Assembly (NCBI RefSeq): GCF_024346955.1
Contig: NZ_AP024884.1
Location: 610,230 to 642,229 of the forward strand
From: Vibrio mangrovi
Lineage (GTDB): Bacteria > Pseudomonadota > Gammaproteobacteria > Enterobacterales > Vibrionaceae
Reading direction: 5' to 3'
Length of the DNA stretch: 32,000 nucleotides
Shown: positions 1 through 10,649 of the stretch, piece by piece
Layout: every line of letters begins with the position of its first letter
How positions within the stretch are numbered: the first letter of the stretch is position 1
Position numbers and translations under genes: made by a program
Notes under the pieces: generated by a model
What the model saw: the letters and a program-made list of their open reading frames with translations, nothing else
What the model was told of the DNA's origin: nothing
Databases searched by the model: none

Positions 1-987
1 AAGATAGTCGAATGCTTCTTCTGTCGTTTTACCTTTAAAGAGAACAGTAAATTCCTCACCGCCATAGCGATAGACTTTAGCTCTTCCTTTCACCTGACGT
101 AGCCTGCTGGCAACAAGTTTTAAGACATCATCTCCAGTATCATGGCCATAGTTATCATTAAATTGCTTGAAATGATCGACGTCGATCATTGCGATAGTAA
201 AACGGCGCCCCAGATGTTTCATTGCATTATCGAGTGCGGCTCTACCGGGAATATTGGTTAATCGATCATTAAATGCGAGCTCATGTCCGGCGGCGATGAC
301 ATACAACACCAGAAAAATACCTGAGATAGAAAATAGTATGCTGGAGATGTGAGGGATGTGAAAAAAAACGAAGACATCGGATGTAAGCAGTATAGATGTA
401 TAAACGACGGCATCGAGTTTGCGGTTTTTTCTCAGCAGCAGAAGCATAGTGATACCGCTCAGAACGATCAGGTAAAGAAACAGAATGAAAGGTAATCGCG
501 ATATCTGCGGAACAGATGATAGCAACTGCGTGAAAATATCAGGAAAGTTTCCCTGATTAAAATGATCGAGAATCAGCAACGACCAGAGAAAGAACATTCC
601 CTGGGCAAGCAGATAATATAAGAAATCTTTGGTGACCAGGCCGGAATCACGAAATACATAGCTCATGACACAACTGATCGGAAAGAGCAGAGCCAGCAAA
701 GACAGCTCCAGTAATGTTGAACCGGACGTTAATGGTGTTTGTAAACGAAATTGTATGACTGCATAGGCGAGTAACTGAGCCACTGCCAGCATACCCATTC
801 GGCTCTGTTTAAATATTTGTGCGATCATTAATGAAGTGAAAAACAATACATAGGGCAGATTGACCAATACACTTGAATTTGATAGCGAAGTGATCATTTC
901 ATGACCAATACCAATATGGATAGCCATGATAAGTAAAACAGGGAGCAGAGAACGGAACCAGGAAGGACTGACCGACATTGAAGGCAT
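1..987 (-). CDS. Diguanylate cyclase (GGDEF domain) with N-terminal multi-pass membrane domain; the C-terminal end runs off the window
   Basis: Minus-strand translation from ATG 985-987 (alternative ATG 976-978) gives about 6 hydrophobic helices. It continues with ...NDRLTNIPGRAALD...IDVDHFKQFNDNYGHDTGDDVLK...YRYGGEEFTVLFKG (GGEEF active-site motif). The frame stays open to position 1, so the ORF is absent from the supplied track. Confidence 0.85.
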   Translation of the reverse strand, partial: MPSMSVSPSWFRSLLPVLLIMAIHIGIGHEMITSLSNSSVLVNLPYVLFFTSLMIAQIFKQSRMGMLAVAQLLAYAVIQFRLQTPLTSGSTLLELSLLALLFPISCVMSYVFRDSGLVTKDFLYYLLAQGMFFLWSLLILDHFNQGNFPDIFTQLLSSVPQISRLPFILFLYLIVLSGITMLLLLRKNRKLDAVVYTSILLTSDVFVFFHIPHISSILFSISGIFLVLYVIAAGHELAFNDRLTNIPGRAALDNAMKHLGRRFTIAMIDVDHFKQFNDNYGHDTGDDVLKLVASRLRQVKGRAKVYRYGGEEFTVLFKGKTTEEAFDYL

Positions 988-1313
988 AGATGATTGATTC
1001 GTCAAACAATTGGTTGAACTTTACGTGATTTTTCGCCAGAAATACACAGTTTTATTGATTTTCCTGCGCTTTTATTGAATTTTTTGTTAAAAATAAGTGA
1101 TTGGATGCACTTGCAATCCGGATAACATCGTCCCTAAAAATTCAAAAGATGAAGGGGATCGAGCTCTCCTGATTGATGACATTGTCATATCCGTGAACAA
1201 AAATGTGTCAGACAGGTTATCTGAAGCTATGGTTATGATATACCCTGAATTCTGTCTGCTATTTTTTGGGGAATTGAATCTATTCTGGTCCTGATAATCG
1301 ATGGAGAATAAAG

Positions 1314-1700
1314 ATGCATATCAGTGTTGATGTCCATAATTATATGGAAAATTTAGTCGGTCAGATCCTGAGTTCAGATGATTTTAAGGAGCGATACGAT
1401 CATGAACAATTGGCGGATCTTGCCTGTTTAGCGTTGAGTCAGCTTCGTCCCGTATATATTCGCCATGATATCGATTTCTTATCGGCTCTTCCGGAAGAAC
1501 GGTTGGTGAAGTTAAAACAGTTTGCAAAAGATGCGGTTGAAGCCGGAGAAACGATGATTCAGAATGATCGCCGTCGGAATCCGGAGTATCGGGAAATTCC
1601 AATTGTTGTTGCAACAGCACGTTATGATGATGATTTAGAGTTGGAATGGTATGAGAGTCCGATTCTTGGTCATCATACGGATCATCAGAAGGAGAAATAA
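1314..1700 (+). CDS. ComFB-family (late competence development protein ComFB-like) small protein
   Basis: 128-aa ORF. The N-terminal NYMENLVGQIL...LADLACLALSQLRPVYIRH pattern resembles the ComFB fold family as I remember it. It sits divergently next to the GGDEF gene. Confidence 0.6.
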   Translation: MHISVDVHNYMENLVGQILSSDDFKERYDHEQLADLACLALSQLRPVYIRHDIDFLSALPEERLVKLKQFAKDAVEAGETMIQNDRRRNPEYREIPIVVATARYDDDLELEWYESPILGHHTDHQKEK

Positions 1701-1985
1701 GTGGGATTTTTATCTCGGCTGTTCGGTCAGCGCAGCCAGCATCAGGAAGCTTCGTCTAGTGCCGAACCTGTCTATTACAAAGATTTTGCTATTTTCCCCG
1801 AGTCTATTGCGGAAAACGGTCAGTTTCGGGTTGCCGGACGAATTACCCGGGAAATCAATGGTGAAATGAGAGAACATCGCTTCATTCGATCAGATGTGTT
1901 GATGAGTCGCAGCAGTGCTGATGAGTTAATGGTTACTAAAGCAAAAATGTTTATTGATCAGATGGGCGAAAAGATCTTCAGTTGA
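1701..1985 (+). CDS. Small conserved hypothetical protein, translationally coupled to the ComFB-like gene
   Basis: GTG start directly abuts the upstream TAA (taaGTG), with a GGAGAA Shine-Dalgarno just upstream. A strong terminator follows. No family recognised with confidence. Confidence 0.5.
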   Translation: MGFLSRLFGQRSQHQEASSSAEPVYYKDFAIFPESIAENGQFRVAGRITREINGEMREHRFIRSDVLMSRSSADELMVTKAKMFIDQMGEKIFS

Positions 1986-2018
1986 GTTCTGTTCAAGTTG
2001 ATTAAAATCATGATGAAA

Positions 2019-2055
2019 GAAACCACAAGCCGATAAGCTTGTGGTTTCTTTTTTT
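2019..2055 (+). terminator. Rho-independent terminator of the ComFB-like operon
   Basis: 12-bp perfect stem gaaaccacaagc / gcttgtggtttc (2019-2030 / 2037-2048), 6-nt loop, then a T7 run. Confidence 0.8.
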
Positions 2056-2261
2056 GCGATGATTAATTTTTACCATGATATTCAATTCACTAATCATTCT
2101 CGTTAGTATGGTGAATGGTTCATGGAAGATGTTGGACCAAAGCAGTTAGCACAACGTGTTATAAAGAAAAATCGGTTGTGCTTTATTGCAATTTGCTTGA
2201 GTTTAAGCAAGCCGTTAGATAAAAAAAGAATATTAACTGTGCCAATCATAAGGGAATAGCT

Positions 2262-3797
2262 ATGCAAATTGGTGTGCCTAAAGAACGACTTGCGGGTGAA
2301 ACGCGAGTTGCAGCTTCGCCAACTTCGGTGGGGCAGCTGTTAAAGCTGGGGTTCGACGTTCTTGTTGAAGCTCATGCCGGTGAGAACGCTAGTTTTGAAA
2401 ACCAAAGTTTCGAAGCAGCAGGAGCCCGGATTGTATCAAATGAAGAAGTATGGAATGCCGATATTATCTTAAAAGTTAATGCGCCAACTTCTGAAGAAAT
2501 TGAGCTTATTAAAGAAGGGACAACTCTGATCAGTTTTATCTGGCCAGCCCAGAATCCTGAATTACTGGAAACCCTGTCCAGCAAGAAAATCAATGTCCTT
2601 GCAATGGATTCTGTACCGAGGATTTCTCGGGCTCAGTCACTTGATGCTTTATCATCAATGGCAAATATCGCCGGTTACCGGGCGGTTGTTGAAGCAGCGC
2701 ATGAATTCGGACGTTTCTTTACCGGGCAGATTACAGCAGCTGGTAAGGTTCCACCGGCGAAAGTATTTGTTGCCGGAGCTGGTGTTGCCGGATTGGCAGC
2801 AATTGGTGCAGCCGGAAGTTTAGGTGCGATTGTCCGGGCTTTTGATGTGCGTCCTGAAGTTAAAGAACAGGTACAATCCATGGGTGCGGAGTTCCTTTCT
2901 GTTGATTTTCAGGAGACTTCCGGATCCGGTGATGGTTATGCTAAAGAGATGTCTGACGATTTCAATCGTAAAGCAGCAGAGCTTTATGCAGAGCAGGCAC
3001 AGGATGTCGATATTATTATCACAACAGCGTTAATTCCCGGTAGACCAGCTCCCAAGCTCATCACCAAAGAGATGGTTGACAGCATGAAAGCGGGGAGTGT
3101 GATTGTTGATCTGGCTGCTGCGAATGGCGGCAACTGTGAATATACCGTTGCCGATCAGGTAATTACGACTGACAATGGTGTAAAAATTATCGGTTACACG
3201 GATATGGTTGGACGTCTGCCAACTCAGTCTTCTCAGCTGTATGCAACCAACCTGGTGAATTTGCTGAAGTTATTATGCAAAGAAAAAGATGGTGAGATTC
3301 TCATTGACTTTGATGATGTCGTCCAGCGTGGTGTGACTGTTATTAAAGAAGGTGAAGTTACCTGGCCAGCACCCCCGATTCAGGTTTCGGCACAACCTCA
3401 GGCTAAATCTGAGCCAGTGAAACCAGTGCAGAAAGAGGAAGCAAAGCCTGTATCACCAGTGAAAAAAGCATTCGGTCTGGCCGTTGGTGTTGGTGCATTT
3501 GCCTGGGTTGCTTCTGTTGCGCCTGCGGCTTTTTTAAGTCACTTTACAGTTTTTGTATTAGCCTGTGTGGTTGGTTATTACGTGGTTTGGAATGTAACTC
3601 ATGCATTGCATACACCTTTAATGTCAGTAACTAACGCGATTTCAGGGATTATTGTTATCGGGGCTTTATTGCAAATTGGCCAGGGAAATAGTTTTGTGAC
3701 GTTTTTGTCGTTTGTGGCCGTATTGATCGCTAGTATCAATATATTTGGCGGCTTCACTGTCACGAAACGTATGCTTGAAATGTTCCGTAGAGGCTAA
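2262..3797 (+). CDS. pntA: NAD(P) transhydrogenase subunit alpha
   Basis: 511 aa. It has an alanine-dehydrogenase/PNT-type N-terminal domain, the Rossmann motif [22 protein letters not shown], and C-terminal transmembrane helices. This is the classic PntA architecture, and pntB follows directly. Confidence 0.96.
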   Translation: MQIGVPKERLAGETRVAASPTSVGQLLKLGFDVLVEAHAGENASFENQSFEAAGARIVSNEEVWNADIILKVNAPTSEEIELIKEGTTLISFIWPAQNPELLETLSSKKINVLAMDSVPRISRAQSLDALSSMANIAGYRAVVEAAHEFGRFFTGQITAAGKVPPAKVFVAGAGVAGLAAIGAAGSLGAIVRAFDVRPEVKEQVQSMGAEFLSVDFQETSGSGDGYAKEMSDDFNRKAAELYAEQAQDVDIIITTALIPGRPAPKLITKEMVDSMKAGSVIVDLAAANGGNCEYTVADQVITTDNGVKIIGYTDMVGRLPTQSSQLYATNLVNLLKLLCKEKDGEILIDFDDVVQRGVTVIKEGEVTWPAPPIQVSAQPQAKSEPVKPVQKEEAKPVSPVKKAFGLAVGVGAFAWVASVAPAAFLSHFTVFVLACVVGYYVVWNVTHALHTPLMSVTNAISGIIVIGALLQIGQGNSFVTFLSFVAVLIASINIFGGFTVTKRMLEMFRRG

Positions 3798-3810
3798 CAA
3801 GGAGTAACGA

Positions 3811-5190
3811 ATGTCTGCAGGATTGGTACAAGCGGCGTATATCGTTGCTGCTTTATTTTTTGTGATGAGTCTGGCTGGCTTATCCAAACAAGAGTCGGCT
3901 AAAGTCGGGAATTACTACGGTATTACCGGAATGGCAATTGCCTTGTTGGCGACTATTTTTGCACCTGATACATCTGGTTTCGCCTGGATTATTATTGCGA
4001 TGGCAATTGGTGGCACGATTGGTATGCACCTTGCCAAGAAAGTTGAAATGACGCAAATGCCTCAGTTGGTTGCTATTCTCCATAGTTTTGTGGGGATGGC
4101 TGCTGTACTTGTAGGATTCAACAGCTTCATTGAAGCGCCGGAAACAGCGACACATGCGGAGCATGTGATCCATCTGGTTGAAGTTTTCTTAGGTGTTTTC
4201 ATCGGTGCGGTAACATTTACCGGTTCGATTGTTGCGTTTGGAAAACTACACGGAGTGATCAAATCTTCACCATTGAATATTCCGCATAAGCATAAGTGGA
4301 ATCTGGCAGCAGTAATTGTTTCTGCGTTATTGCTGATCTACTTCGTGAATGTTGACGGTAGTTATTTTGCGCTGATTGTGATGACTCTGATTGCTTTTGT
4401 GTTTGGCTATCATCTGGTTGCTTCTATTGGCGGTGCCGATATGCCGGTTGTTGTTTCTATGCTGAACTCATATTCAGGATGGGCCGCCGCCGCCGCGGGT
4501 TTTATGTTGGCAAACGATCTGCTGATTGTTACTGGTGCACTCGTCGGTTCTTCCGGTGCAATTCTTTCTTACATCATGTGTAAAGCGATGAATCGCTCTT
4601 TTATCAGTGTGATTGCTGGTGGATTTGGTCAGGAAGTGGTGATCAGTGATACCGAGGAGGGAGGGGAACACCGTGAGATCATGGCTGAGGATGTTGCTGA
4701 GTTACTGAAAAACTCGAAATCAGTGGTGATCACTCCAGGATATGGTATGGCGGTTGCTCAGGCTCAGTATCCCGTTTCTGAAATTACAGAAAAGCTGAGA
4801 GCTCATGGCGTAGAAGTCCGGTTTGGTATCCATCCGGTGGCCGGACGTTTACCGGGTCATATGAATGTTCTGTTAGCGGAAGCGAAAGTACCGTATGAAA
4901 TTGTTCTTGAAATGGATGAAATCAACGAGGATTTCAGTGAAACAGATACGGTGCTTGTTATTGGCGCGAACGATACGGTCAACCCCGCAGCATTAGAGGA
5001 TCCTAACAGTCCGATTGCCGGTATGCCGGTTTTGGAAGTATGGAATGCGAAAGATGTGATCGTGTTTAAACGCTCGATGAATACCGGGTATGCAGGTGTG
5101 CAGAATCCACTATTCTTTAAAGAGAATACGCATATGCTGTTCGGTGATGCAAAAGCTTCGTGCCTGCACATTCTGGAACACCTGGAATGA
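3811..5190 (+). CDS. pntB: NAD(P) transhydrogenase subunit beta
   Basis: 459 aa. It has an N-terminal multi-TM domain and a C-terminal NADP(H)-binding domain III ([36 protein letters not shown]). It starts 13 nt after pntA, preceded by an AAGGAG SD. Confidence 0.96.
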   Translation: MSAGLVQAAYIVAALFFVMSLAGLSKQESAKVGNYYGITGMAIALLATIFAPDTSGFAWIIIAMAIGGTIGMHLAKKVEMTQMPQLVAILHSFVGMAAVLVGFNSFIEAPETATHAEHVIHLVEVFLGVFIGAVTFTGSIVAFGKLHGVIKSSPLNIPHKHKWNLAAVIVSALLLIYFVNVDGSYFALIVMTLIAFVFGYHLVASIGGADMPVVVSMLNSYSGWAAAAAGFMLANDLLIVTGALVGSSGAILSYIMCKAMNRSFISVIAGGFGQEVVISDTEEGGEHREIMAEDVAELLKNSKSVVITPGYGMAVAQAQYPVSEITEKLRAHGVEVRFGIHPVAGRLPGHMNVLLAEAKVPYEIVLEMDEINEDFSETDTVLVIGANDTVNPAALEDPNSPIAGMPVLEVWNAKDVIVFKRSMNTGYAGVQNPLFFKENTHMLFGDAKASCLHILEHLE

Positions 5191-5215
5191 TGCTTTAAGT
5201 GATAGCTTATGATTC

Positions 5216-5243
5216 AAGCCGGCGATAATGCTGGCTTTTTTTA
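5216..5243 (+). terminator. Rho-independent terminator after pntB
   Basis: Stem aagccggc / gctggctt (one G-U pair), loop gataat, then a T-rich tail tttttttatttt. Confidence 0.7.
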
Positions 5244-5350
5244 TTTTCGGGACACATTATTGACACCAACATAACACGTAGGTAACTATTTTTGTCATAA
5301 TGCTAACCAGATCATGAAACTTGTCTGAGAATATAGAGTCACATAAAAAG

Positions 5351-6799
5351 ATGATATTAAAACGATTCATGTTGTTATTCGTGTCTATAATACCATATGC
5401 ATATGCGGACTCTTTACCGACAAGAATCGATCACTTTATTTCCCTGTTCCGCTACGACGAAGCGTTAGTTTCCTATGATTTACGTAAAATAGAAGCAGAA
5501 TATGCAACAAGATTGATTACGCCGGAGTCTATGTTGCCTCAGACATTTCAATATCCTTTAAAAGATATTCAACAGCTTTATGCTCTGGCAAATCAGTGTA
5601 CCGGAAACTTACCCTTGAGCCCTTTAACAACTGAACCTCTGGTTTTTACCCGGGCGATGTGTAAGGGAACAAAGCTCCCGCTTCGCTGGTTTGCCAGAAG
5701 TTCTCTGATTCATCCGGGTGGGGGAACATATGCGGCCCGTTATGTGAAGAAATATCCTGAGTTTTTTGATGAACTCAAAGTTTATATGCATATTCAGGAG
5801 CGTCCTGAAGCGCCGCAAGATAGTTTATTAGGACGTCTGCAACGTATGGACAGTGAGTCGGTGACCTCTTTAATTTCAGGTGACTCGATGTTCAGTGAGC
5901 AAAATGAGCTCTGGTTAAGAAAAGGCGATCAATATTATGTTTTTCCGGAGAGTATCTGGAAAAACAATGCTGAGGAAGCCGGGTTGGTGTTTACCTATGT
6001 CAATACGGATGACTCGACCTGCTTTGTTCAGCGAGGTAATTTATGTTGGGCTGAGGAAGATCAATCGGATATTTTACGTTATATCCTGGTTGGTCTCGTC
6101 GTTGTCAACGTTTTGCTGGTGATTAGCTGGTTTGTCTATCGCTGGAATTCAAAACGGCTTGAACTGAGAAGCCGTATGTTGATCTTACAGATCTTGACAC
6201 ATGAATTGCGGACACCAATAGCTAGTTTGTCTCTGACTGTTGAAGGATTTCGGCGAGAGTTTGAACGACTTCCGGAAACTGTTTACGATGAGTTCAGGCG
6301 ATTATGTGAGGATTCTCGTCGTCTAAGACAATTGGCAGAAGCCAGTAAAGATTATTTACAGTCGGATACAAAGCCATTGGCTGTCGATTGGGTGCCATCG
6401 GTTGCCGAGTGGTTACAGTTTAAAATAGAGGAAGAATTTGAGTCACCCATTCATTTTTCAATCAATCAGGATATTGCTGCAAAATTAAATGTCTATTGGT
6501 TGGGAACTTGTATTGATAATTTGCTAAGAAATGCAATTAAATATGGTGTTGCTCCAGTGCAGCTGGATGTGACGACTTCAAGTCATATGGTTACGTTTAA
6601 AGTAATCGATCAAGGCATGCTGACTCAGGGAGATTGGCGTCAGTTGCGTAAACCCTTCGTCAGTAAAAGTGGTTTAGGACTTGGTTTAACAATTGTAGAA
6701 TCTATGGTTGGGAGAATGGGAGGCAAGATGTCTCTGGTCGGGCCACCAACAACATTTATTTTGGAGATACCCTGTGAAACAGACGTTGCTTCTTGTTGA
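5351..6799 (+). CDS. vxrA: Two-component sensor histidine kinase with a large periplasmic domain (VxrA/WigK-like by position)
   Basis: Signal-anchor MILKRFMLLFVSIIPYAYA, a roughly 230-aa periplasmic region, TM2 ILVGLVVVNVLLVISWFVY, H-box LTHELRTPIASL, N-box NLLRNAIKYG and G-box SGLGLGLTIVE. The order pntAB, kinase, OmpR-type regulator matches the vxrAB locus as I recall it in V. cholerae chromosome 2. The start is uncertain (TTG 5321 in the track versus ATG 5351). Confidence 0.75.
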   Translation: MILKRFMLLFVSIIPYAYADSLPTRIDHFISLFRYDEALVSYDLRKIEAEYATRLITPESMLPQTFQYPLKDIQQLYALANQCTGNLPLSPLTTEPLVFTRAMCKGTKLPLRWFARSSLIHPGGGTYAARYVKKYPEFFDELKVYMHIQERPEAPQDSLLGRLQRMDSESVTSLISGDSMFSEQNELWLRKGDQYYVFPESIWKNNAEEAGLVFTYVNTDDSTCFVQRGNLCWAEEDQSDILRYILVGLVVVNVLLVISWFVYRWNSKRLELRSRMLILQILTHELRTPIASLSLTVEGFRREFERLPETVYDEFRRLCEDSRRLRQLAEASKDYLQSDTKPLAVDWVPSVAEWLQFKIEEEFESPIHFSINQDIAAKLNVYWLGTCIDNLLRNAIKYGVAPVQLDVTTSSHMVTFKVIDQGMLTQGDWRQLRKPFVSKSGLGLGLTIVESMVGRMGGKMSLVGPPTTFILEIPCETDVASC

Positions 6800-7430
6800 A
6801 GATGATAAAAACTTGGCTGATGGCTTACTGGTAAGTCTGGAACAAGCCGGATATAACTGTTTGCATGCAGAGAGAATATCGGAAGTTAAACAATATTGGG
6901 ATCAGGCTGATTTAGTGATTTTAGACAGACAGCTTCCTGACGGTGATTCGGTTGAACATTTGGCCGACTGGAAAAATATTAAAGACGTACCTGTCATACT
7001 GCTAACGGCATTAGTGACGGTCAAAGATAAAGTGGCAGGACTTGATTCCGGAGCAAATGATTATTTAACCAAACCATTTGCAGAAGCGGAACTGTTTGCC
7101 AGAATCAGAGCGCAGTTACGTTCTCCTGACGGTCAGCAGGATGATACCAAAGTTGTCACGACAGAATTAACAATTGATAAAGCGACCCGGGAAGTTCACT
7201 ACAAGGGCGAATTAATTACTTTGACGCGAACTGAGTTTGATTTGCTCTTGTTCCTGGCTAGTAACTTAGGCAGGGTCTTTACCCGGGATGAGTTATTGGA
7301 TCATGTATGGGGCTACAATCATTTCCCAACGACCAGAACTGTAGATACACATGTTCTTCAGTTAAGACAGAAACTCCCCGGATTGGAAATAGAGACGTTG
7401 CGGGGTGTCGGCTATAAAATGAAAGCCTGA
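6774..7430 (+). CDS. vxrB: OmpR/PhoB-family response regulator (VxrB/WigR-like by position)
   Basis: Receiver domain (KQTLLLVEDD, LVILDRQLPDGD, ILLTALVTVKDK) plus winged helix (LTRTEFDLLLFL, TVDTHVLQLRQKL, RGVGYK). GTG 6774 gives the canonical N-terminus and a 26-nt overlap with the kinase stop. The track start at 6708 adds an implausible extension. Confidence 0.85.
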   Translation: MKQTLLLVEDDKNLADGLLVSLEQAGYNCLHAERISEVKQYWDQADLVILDRQLPDGDSVEHLADWKNIKDVPVILLTALVTVKDKVAGLDSGANDYLTKPFAEAELFARIRAQLRSPDGQQDDTKVVTTELTIDKATREVHYKGELITLTRTEFDLLLFLASNLGRVFTRDELLDHVWGYNHFPTTRTVDTHVLQLRQKLPGLEIETLRGVGYKMKA

Positions 7431-8311
7431 TGAAGAAAAAAAGCCTCTTCTTGCTGGGAGTACTGTTATGTACTCCCGGTTATCATGTTTATGCCGACTG
7501 GTTTGAACAAAATACGCCGTTAACTCAGGCTCATGAACATTTACTCGAAAATGATTTACCTAAAATGTTCAGTTCTTTGGTTGAAGTATGGCAGAGCCCC
7601 AATGGAAATCACCTCAGAAATCATCTGAATGATCTGTTGTTGCAATCGCTGAATGCTGATTGTGGGAAGAGTCTGGATCGTACGCCTTTTCCTGACTGGA
7701 TTAAATCATTAGCTGTCCGGCGGGTTGAAATTCAAAGTCCGGGGCGTGATGCATTTCAGCTCTTAGTTGATTTAGTGACAACGTCACAAATAAAAGAAGT
7801 CTCATTTACACGCTGGATAGACCATTCTATCTCCCTTGACAGCTCTTTCTCTCAGATTAATCGTGACGTTGTCACTGATGATGAACGTACTTATGTTAAA
7901 CGATATAATTTGAATAACCGTCTTCCGATGGGGCTTTATCGTTTAATTGTTTCCAGAAAAAACGGTGAGTCATGGAGTTCTTGGGTGATCTTAGATAACC
8001 CTAAGACTTATCACACCATTCACTGGCGTTCAAAGGAACAATGGAATGTAGAAAAAACAGCAATTCCTAATCCTTACTGCCCGTTACCTAAGATGAGAGT
8101 TTCCGTATACAGCTACGATGATGGTAAATACTCGGAAGTTTGGAAGCAAACCTATGAGTCCAATTATCCCACTCAGTTACCGGCAAATACATTAGAGCCG
8201 GATCGGTATGTGCTGGCCGTATCGATGAATCATCAGCGATGGCAGGGACCAATTACTATTGAGCAATCTCAAGTAATCAGTAAAACATATGATGTTTCAC
8301 TAGAGGAATAG
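7430..8311 (+). CDS. Secreted/periplasmic protein of unknown function, third gene of the operon (vxrC position)
   Basis: ATGA overlap with the regulator stop. N-terminal signal peptide MKKKSLFLLGVLLCTPGYHVYA. No catalytic motif recognised. Confidence 0.6.
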   Translation: MKKKSLFLLGVLLCTPGYHVYADWFEQNTPLTQAHEHLLENDLPKMFSSLVEVWQSPNGNHLRNHLNDLLLQSLNADCGKSLDRTPFPDWIKSLAVRRVEIQSPGRDAFQLLVDLVTTSQIKEVSFTRWIDHSISLDSSFSQINRDVVTDDERTYVKRYNLNNRLPMGLYRLIVSRKNGESWSSWVILDNPKTYHTIHWRSKEQWNVEKTAIPNPYCPLPKMRVSVYSYDDGKYSEVWKQTYESNYPTQLPANTLEPDRYVLAVSMNHQRWQGPITIEQSQVISKTYDVSLEE

Positions 8312-8371
8312 CTAAAGATATATAACAATCTGTCGTTATAAACATTAAATTTCATTCGGTTTATAGCGCAT

Positions 8372-9529
8372 ATGGATATAAAACTAAAATACCTGATTCC
8401 TTCACTACTTGTCGTTTCATCCGGGAGTATGGCTGCTTCCTACGCTGTTGAAGCCCGGGGAGATGCGATGGGAGGAACAGGGGTTGTTTCAGCCAATTAC
8501 CTTACTGCTCCTTTCTATAATCCTGCCATTGTTGCGATCTATCGTAGAAATGATGATGCGGGGATGATACTTCCCAGTTTTGGCCTGACCTATAATGATC
8601 CTGATGACATTTCTAATACAATTGATGACATTAGTGATTTAGTTAAGCAGGTTGAAGGCGGAGATCTTTCAAGAGTCGGAGAACTTCAGAGCCAGTTAGA
8701 TGCTTTAGATGGTGGCGAATTGAAAGCTGACATTGGTGGCGCTGTAGCGATAGGAATTCCCAATCAGTATATTGCGATGAACCTGTTTGGAAAAGCTTAT
8801 GCTGAAACCTACATTACACCATCGATCTCAACCGGTGGAGCAACAACGCTTGATAATGCTCAGAATAGTACAATTGATGCTGTTTCTGTAGCTGTCACGG
8901 AAGTTGGCCTTTCTTTGGCAAAATATCAGACATTCCTGGGGCAACACATTGCGATGGGGATATCTCCGAAGCTACAACGGGTTTATACATATGTATATGA
9001 GGCCAGCCTGCAGAATTATGATCTCAGCGATATTGATGCAAACAGTACCGGTGAAACAATCTTTAATATAGATGCTGGTTTTCTGTGGTTCTATGGCCCG
9101 CTCAGAGTTGGCTTTGCTGCAACGAATTTAGTTTCCCGGGATATTACGACAAAGCAGGTTGCTTCTAGTATTGCCGGTAAAGCAGACCTTCAGTATGACT
9201 ATCAATTAAGACCTCTATACACTGTTGGCGTCGGCTTGATTGGAGATTATGCATCCATCAGTGTTGACTATGATCTGAATGAAGAAGAACGTTACACTGG
9301 TTTCAATGATAATACGCAGATGCTCCGTGTCGGAGGAGAGATTGATATTCTGCGCCAACTTAAACTTCGGGCCGGCTACAAGAAAAATCTTGCTTATAGT
9401 AACTCAGACGGAACCTATACAGCAGGGATTGGACTTTCTCTCCTTGGCTTATTTGAGCTTGATGCTGCAGTGAGTTATACCAATACACATGCGAAAGGCG
9501 CTTATGTGAACTTTCTATCGACATACTAA
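8372..9529 (+). CDS. Outer-membrane beta-barrel protein, TraF-like (vxrD position)
   Basis: Signal peptide (LIPSLLVVSSGSMAAS), an alternating beta-strand pattern throughout, and a C-terminal aromatic residue (YVNFLSTY). The N-terminal GDAMGGTGV...YLTAPFYNPA resembles the TraF-type OMP family as I remember it. Confidence 0.6.
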   Translation: MDIKLKYLIPSLLVVSSGSMAASYAVEARGDAMGGTGVVSANYLTAPFYNPAIVAIYRRNDDAGMILPSFGLTYNDPDDISNTIDDISDLVKQVEGGDLSRVGELQSQLDALDGGELKADIGGAVAIGIPNQYIAMNLFGKAYAETYITPSISTGGATTLDNAQNSTIDAVSVAVTEVGLSLAKYQTFLGQHIAMGISPKLQRVYTYVYEASLQNYDLSDIDANSTGETIFNIDAGFLWFYGPLRVGFAATNLVSRDITTKQVASSIAGKADLQYDYQLRPLYTVGVGLIGDYASISVDYDLNEEERYTGFNDNTQMLRVGGEIDILRQLKLRAGYKKNLAYSNSDGTYTAGIGLSLLGLFELDAAVSYTNTHAKGAYVNFLSTY

Positions 9530-9564
9530 TCTTGCTTTAAATTTCTGCTGATTCTCATTTTCCA

Positions 9565-9595
9565 AGCCTCCTCTGAAAAGAGGGGGCTTTTTTCT
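9565..9595 (+). terminator. Rho-independent terminator ending the kinase operon
   Basis: 10-bp stem agcctcctct / agagggggct (one G-U pair), loop gaaa, then a T6 run. Confidence 0.8.
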
Positions 9596-10076
9596 TTCTC
9601 ATAATTCTAATGCTTCTTATATCTGTATGACTACAGATAGTAATTACTCACTTAGTGAAGTTAATTTTCAATGGAAAATAACTTGATCCTTTTTCTGATA
9701 ATGTAGGTATATCGGTGGTAATTTAAAAATATTCATTATTTATCAGATAGTTGAGAAAGAATAATATGTTGCCCATGTGGTGAATACAACAAGGTATCAT
9801 GTCTTTATTATTTGAAGGATCTTAATGGATCTGTGGTTAGTGAATACTTCTGCTGTGTGATGCTGTCACACTAAAGTAATGCTATAATGCACTATAACTA
9901 ATAGCTGTTAAATAAAGAGACACGATATCTCAGTATGAAACCCTCAAATCCACTGAATCATTACCTATATATCTATACGAGAAGAGCATTCTCACATTTC
10001 TGTATCCTGTTGCTGTCGGATACAAACATATGGGCTAAGTTTCAATTGAGTGATTCTGAGTTCAGGTAAATAGCAT

Positions 10077-10397
10077 ATGAAGATTTTTATCGTGGTATTT
10101 ATATTGAGTGTCTGTGCTGGTAGCGTCTTTGCTAAAGGGATCTTATCTGATGCAGAAATAAGACAACAAATTATACGTGATTCAATCCGGCAGTATTCGG
10201 GCAATTGTGCCTGTCCATACAATAGAGCTTCAAATGGTTATAAATGTGGTAAAAGGAGCGCGTGGAGCCGTGCCGGTGGTTATTCTCCGATATGTTATGC
10301 CAGTGAGATCTCCGATGGTGATGTTAAAGAATGGAGAGCAGCACATAGTCAGCAGAAGTCTGGTGGAAAACAGCAAAATGCCATTCAGGATAAATAA
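10077..10397 (+). CDS. Small secreted cysteine-containing protein of unknown function
   Basis: 106 aa with signal peptide MKIFIVVFILSVCAGSVFA, then GNCACPYNRASNGYKCGKRSAWSRAGGYSPICY. It is the last chromosomal gene before the left attachment site. A long AT-rich leader lies upstream. Confidence 0.55.
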   Translation: MKIFIVVFILSVCAGSVFAKGILSDAEIRQQIIRDSIRQYSGNCACPYNRASNGYKCGKRSAWSRAGGYSPICYASEISDGDVKEWRAAHSQQKSGGKQQNAIQDK

Positions 10398-10491
10398 CGA
10401 TATACTGGGTCGGCAATAGTTTGAAATACCAAGTATTGCTAAACAGTTTTAAGGCTCAAAGTGGACATTACTAAATAGTTCTAACAAAACA

Positions 10492-10525
10492 AGTGCGCAT
10501 TATGTCACCCGTCATTATGTTGAGG
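10492..10525 (+). other. dif-like XerC/XerD site 1 (attL; attP1-type with 12-nt central region)
   Basis: AGTGCGCATTA-TGTCACCCGTCA-TTATGTTGAGG. The XerC arm is identical to the dif arm at 30664-30674. The inner 7 nt of the XerD arm are identical to dif and the outer 4 nt diverge. Confidence 0.75.
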
Positions 10526-10649
10526 GTTTGCCTTCAGGCCTGAGCGCGGCAAAGGGTGGGCGAGAGAGGTCATGATTCCGCGCCGAAGGCGGCTTGTCCG
10601 TCTGGCAGCGCGTGAAGGGGGCGAAAGAGAATCGCTTTGCAAGTGAAGC

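Noticed and set aside
1097-1294. 65-aa ORF between the GGDEF gene and the ComFB-like gene.
   Set aside because: It lies in the divergent promoter region, has no SD and no recognisable features, and is likely non-coding.
2372-5171. Multiple 65-104-aa antisense or alternative-frame ORFs within pntA and pntB.
   Set aside because: They are embedded in highly confident pntAB coding sequence and are shadow ORFs.
6708-6773. Upstream ATG start for the response regulator.
   Set aside because: It would add 22 residues overlapping the kinase C-terminus. GTG 6774 yields the canonical receiver-domain start KQTLLLVEDD.
10177-10419. 80-aa ORF overlapping the small secreted-protein gene in another frame.
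   Set aside because: The 106-aa frame has a clear signal peptide and a start context. The alternative frame has neither.
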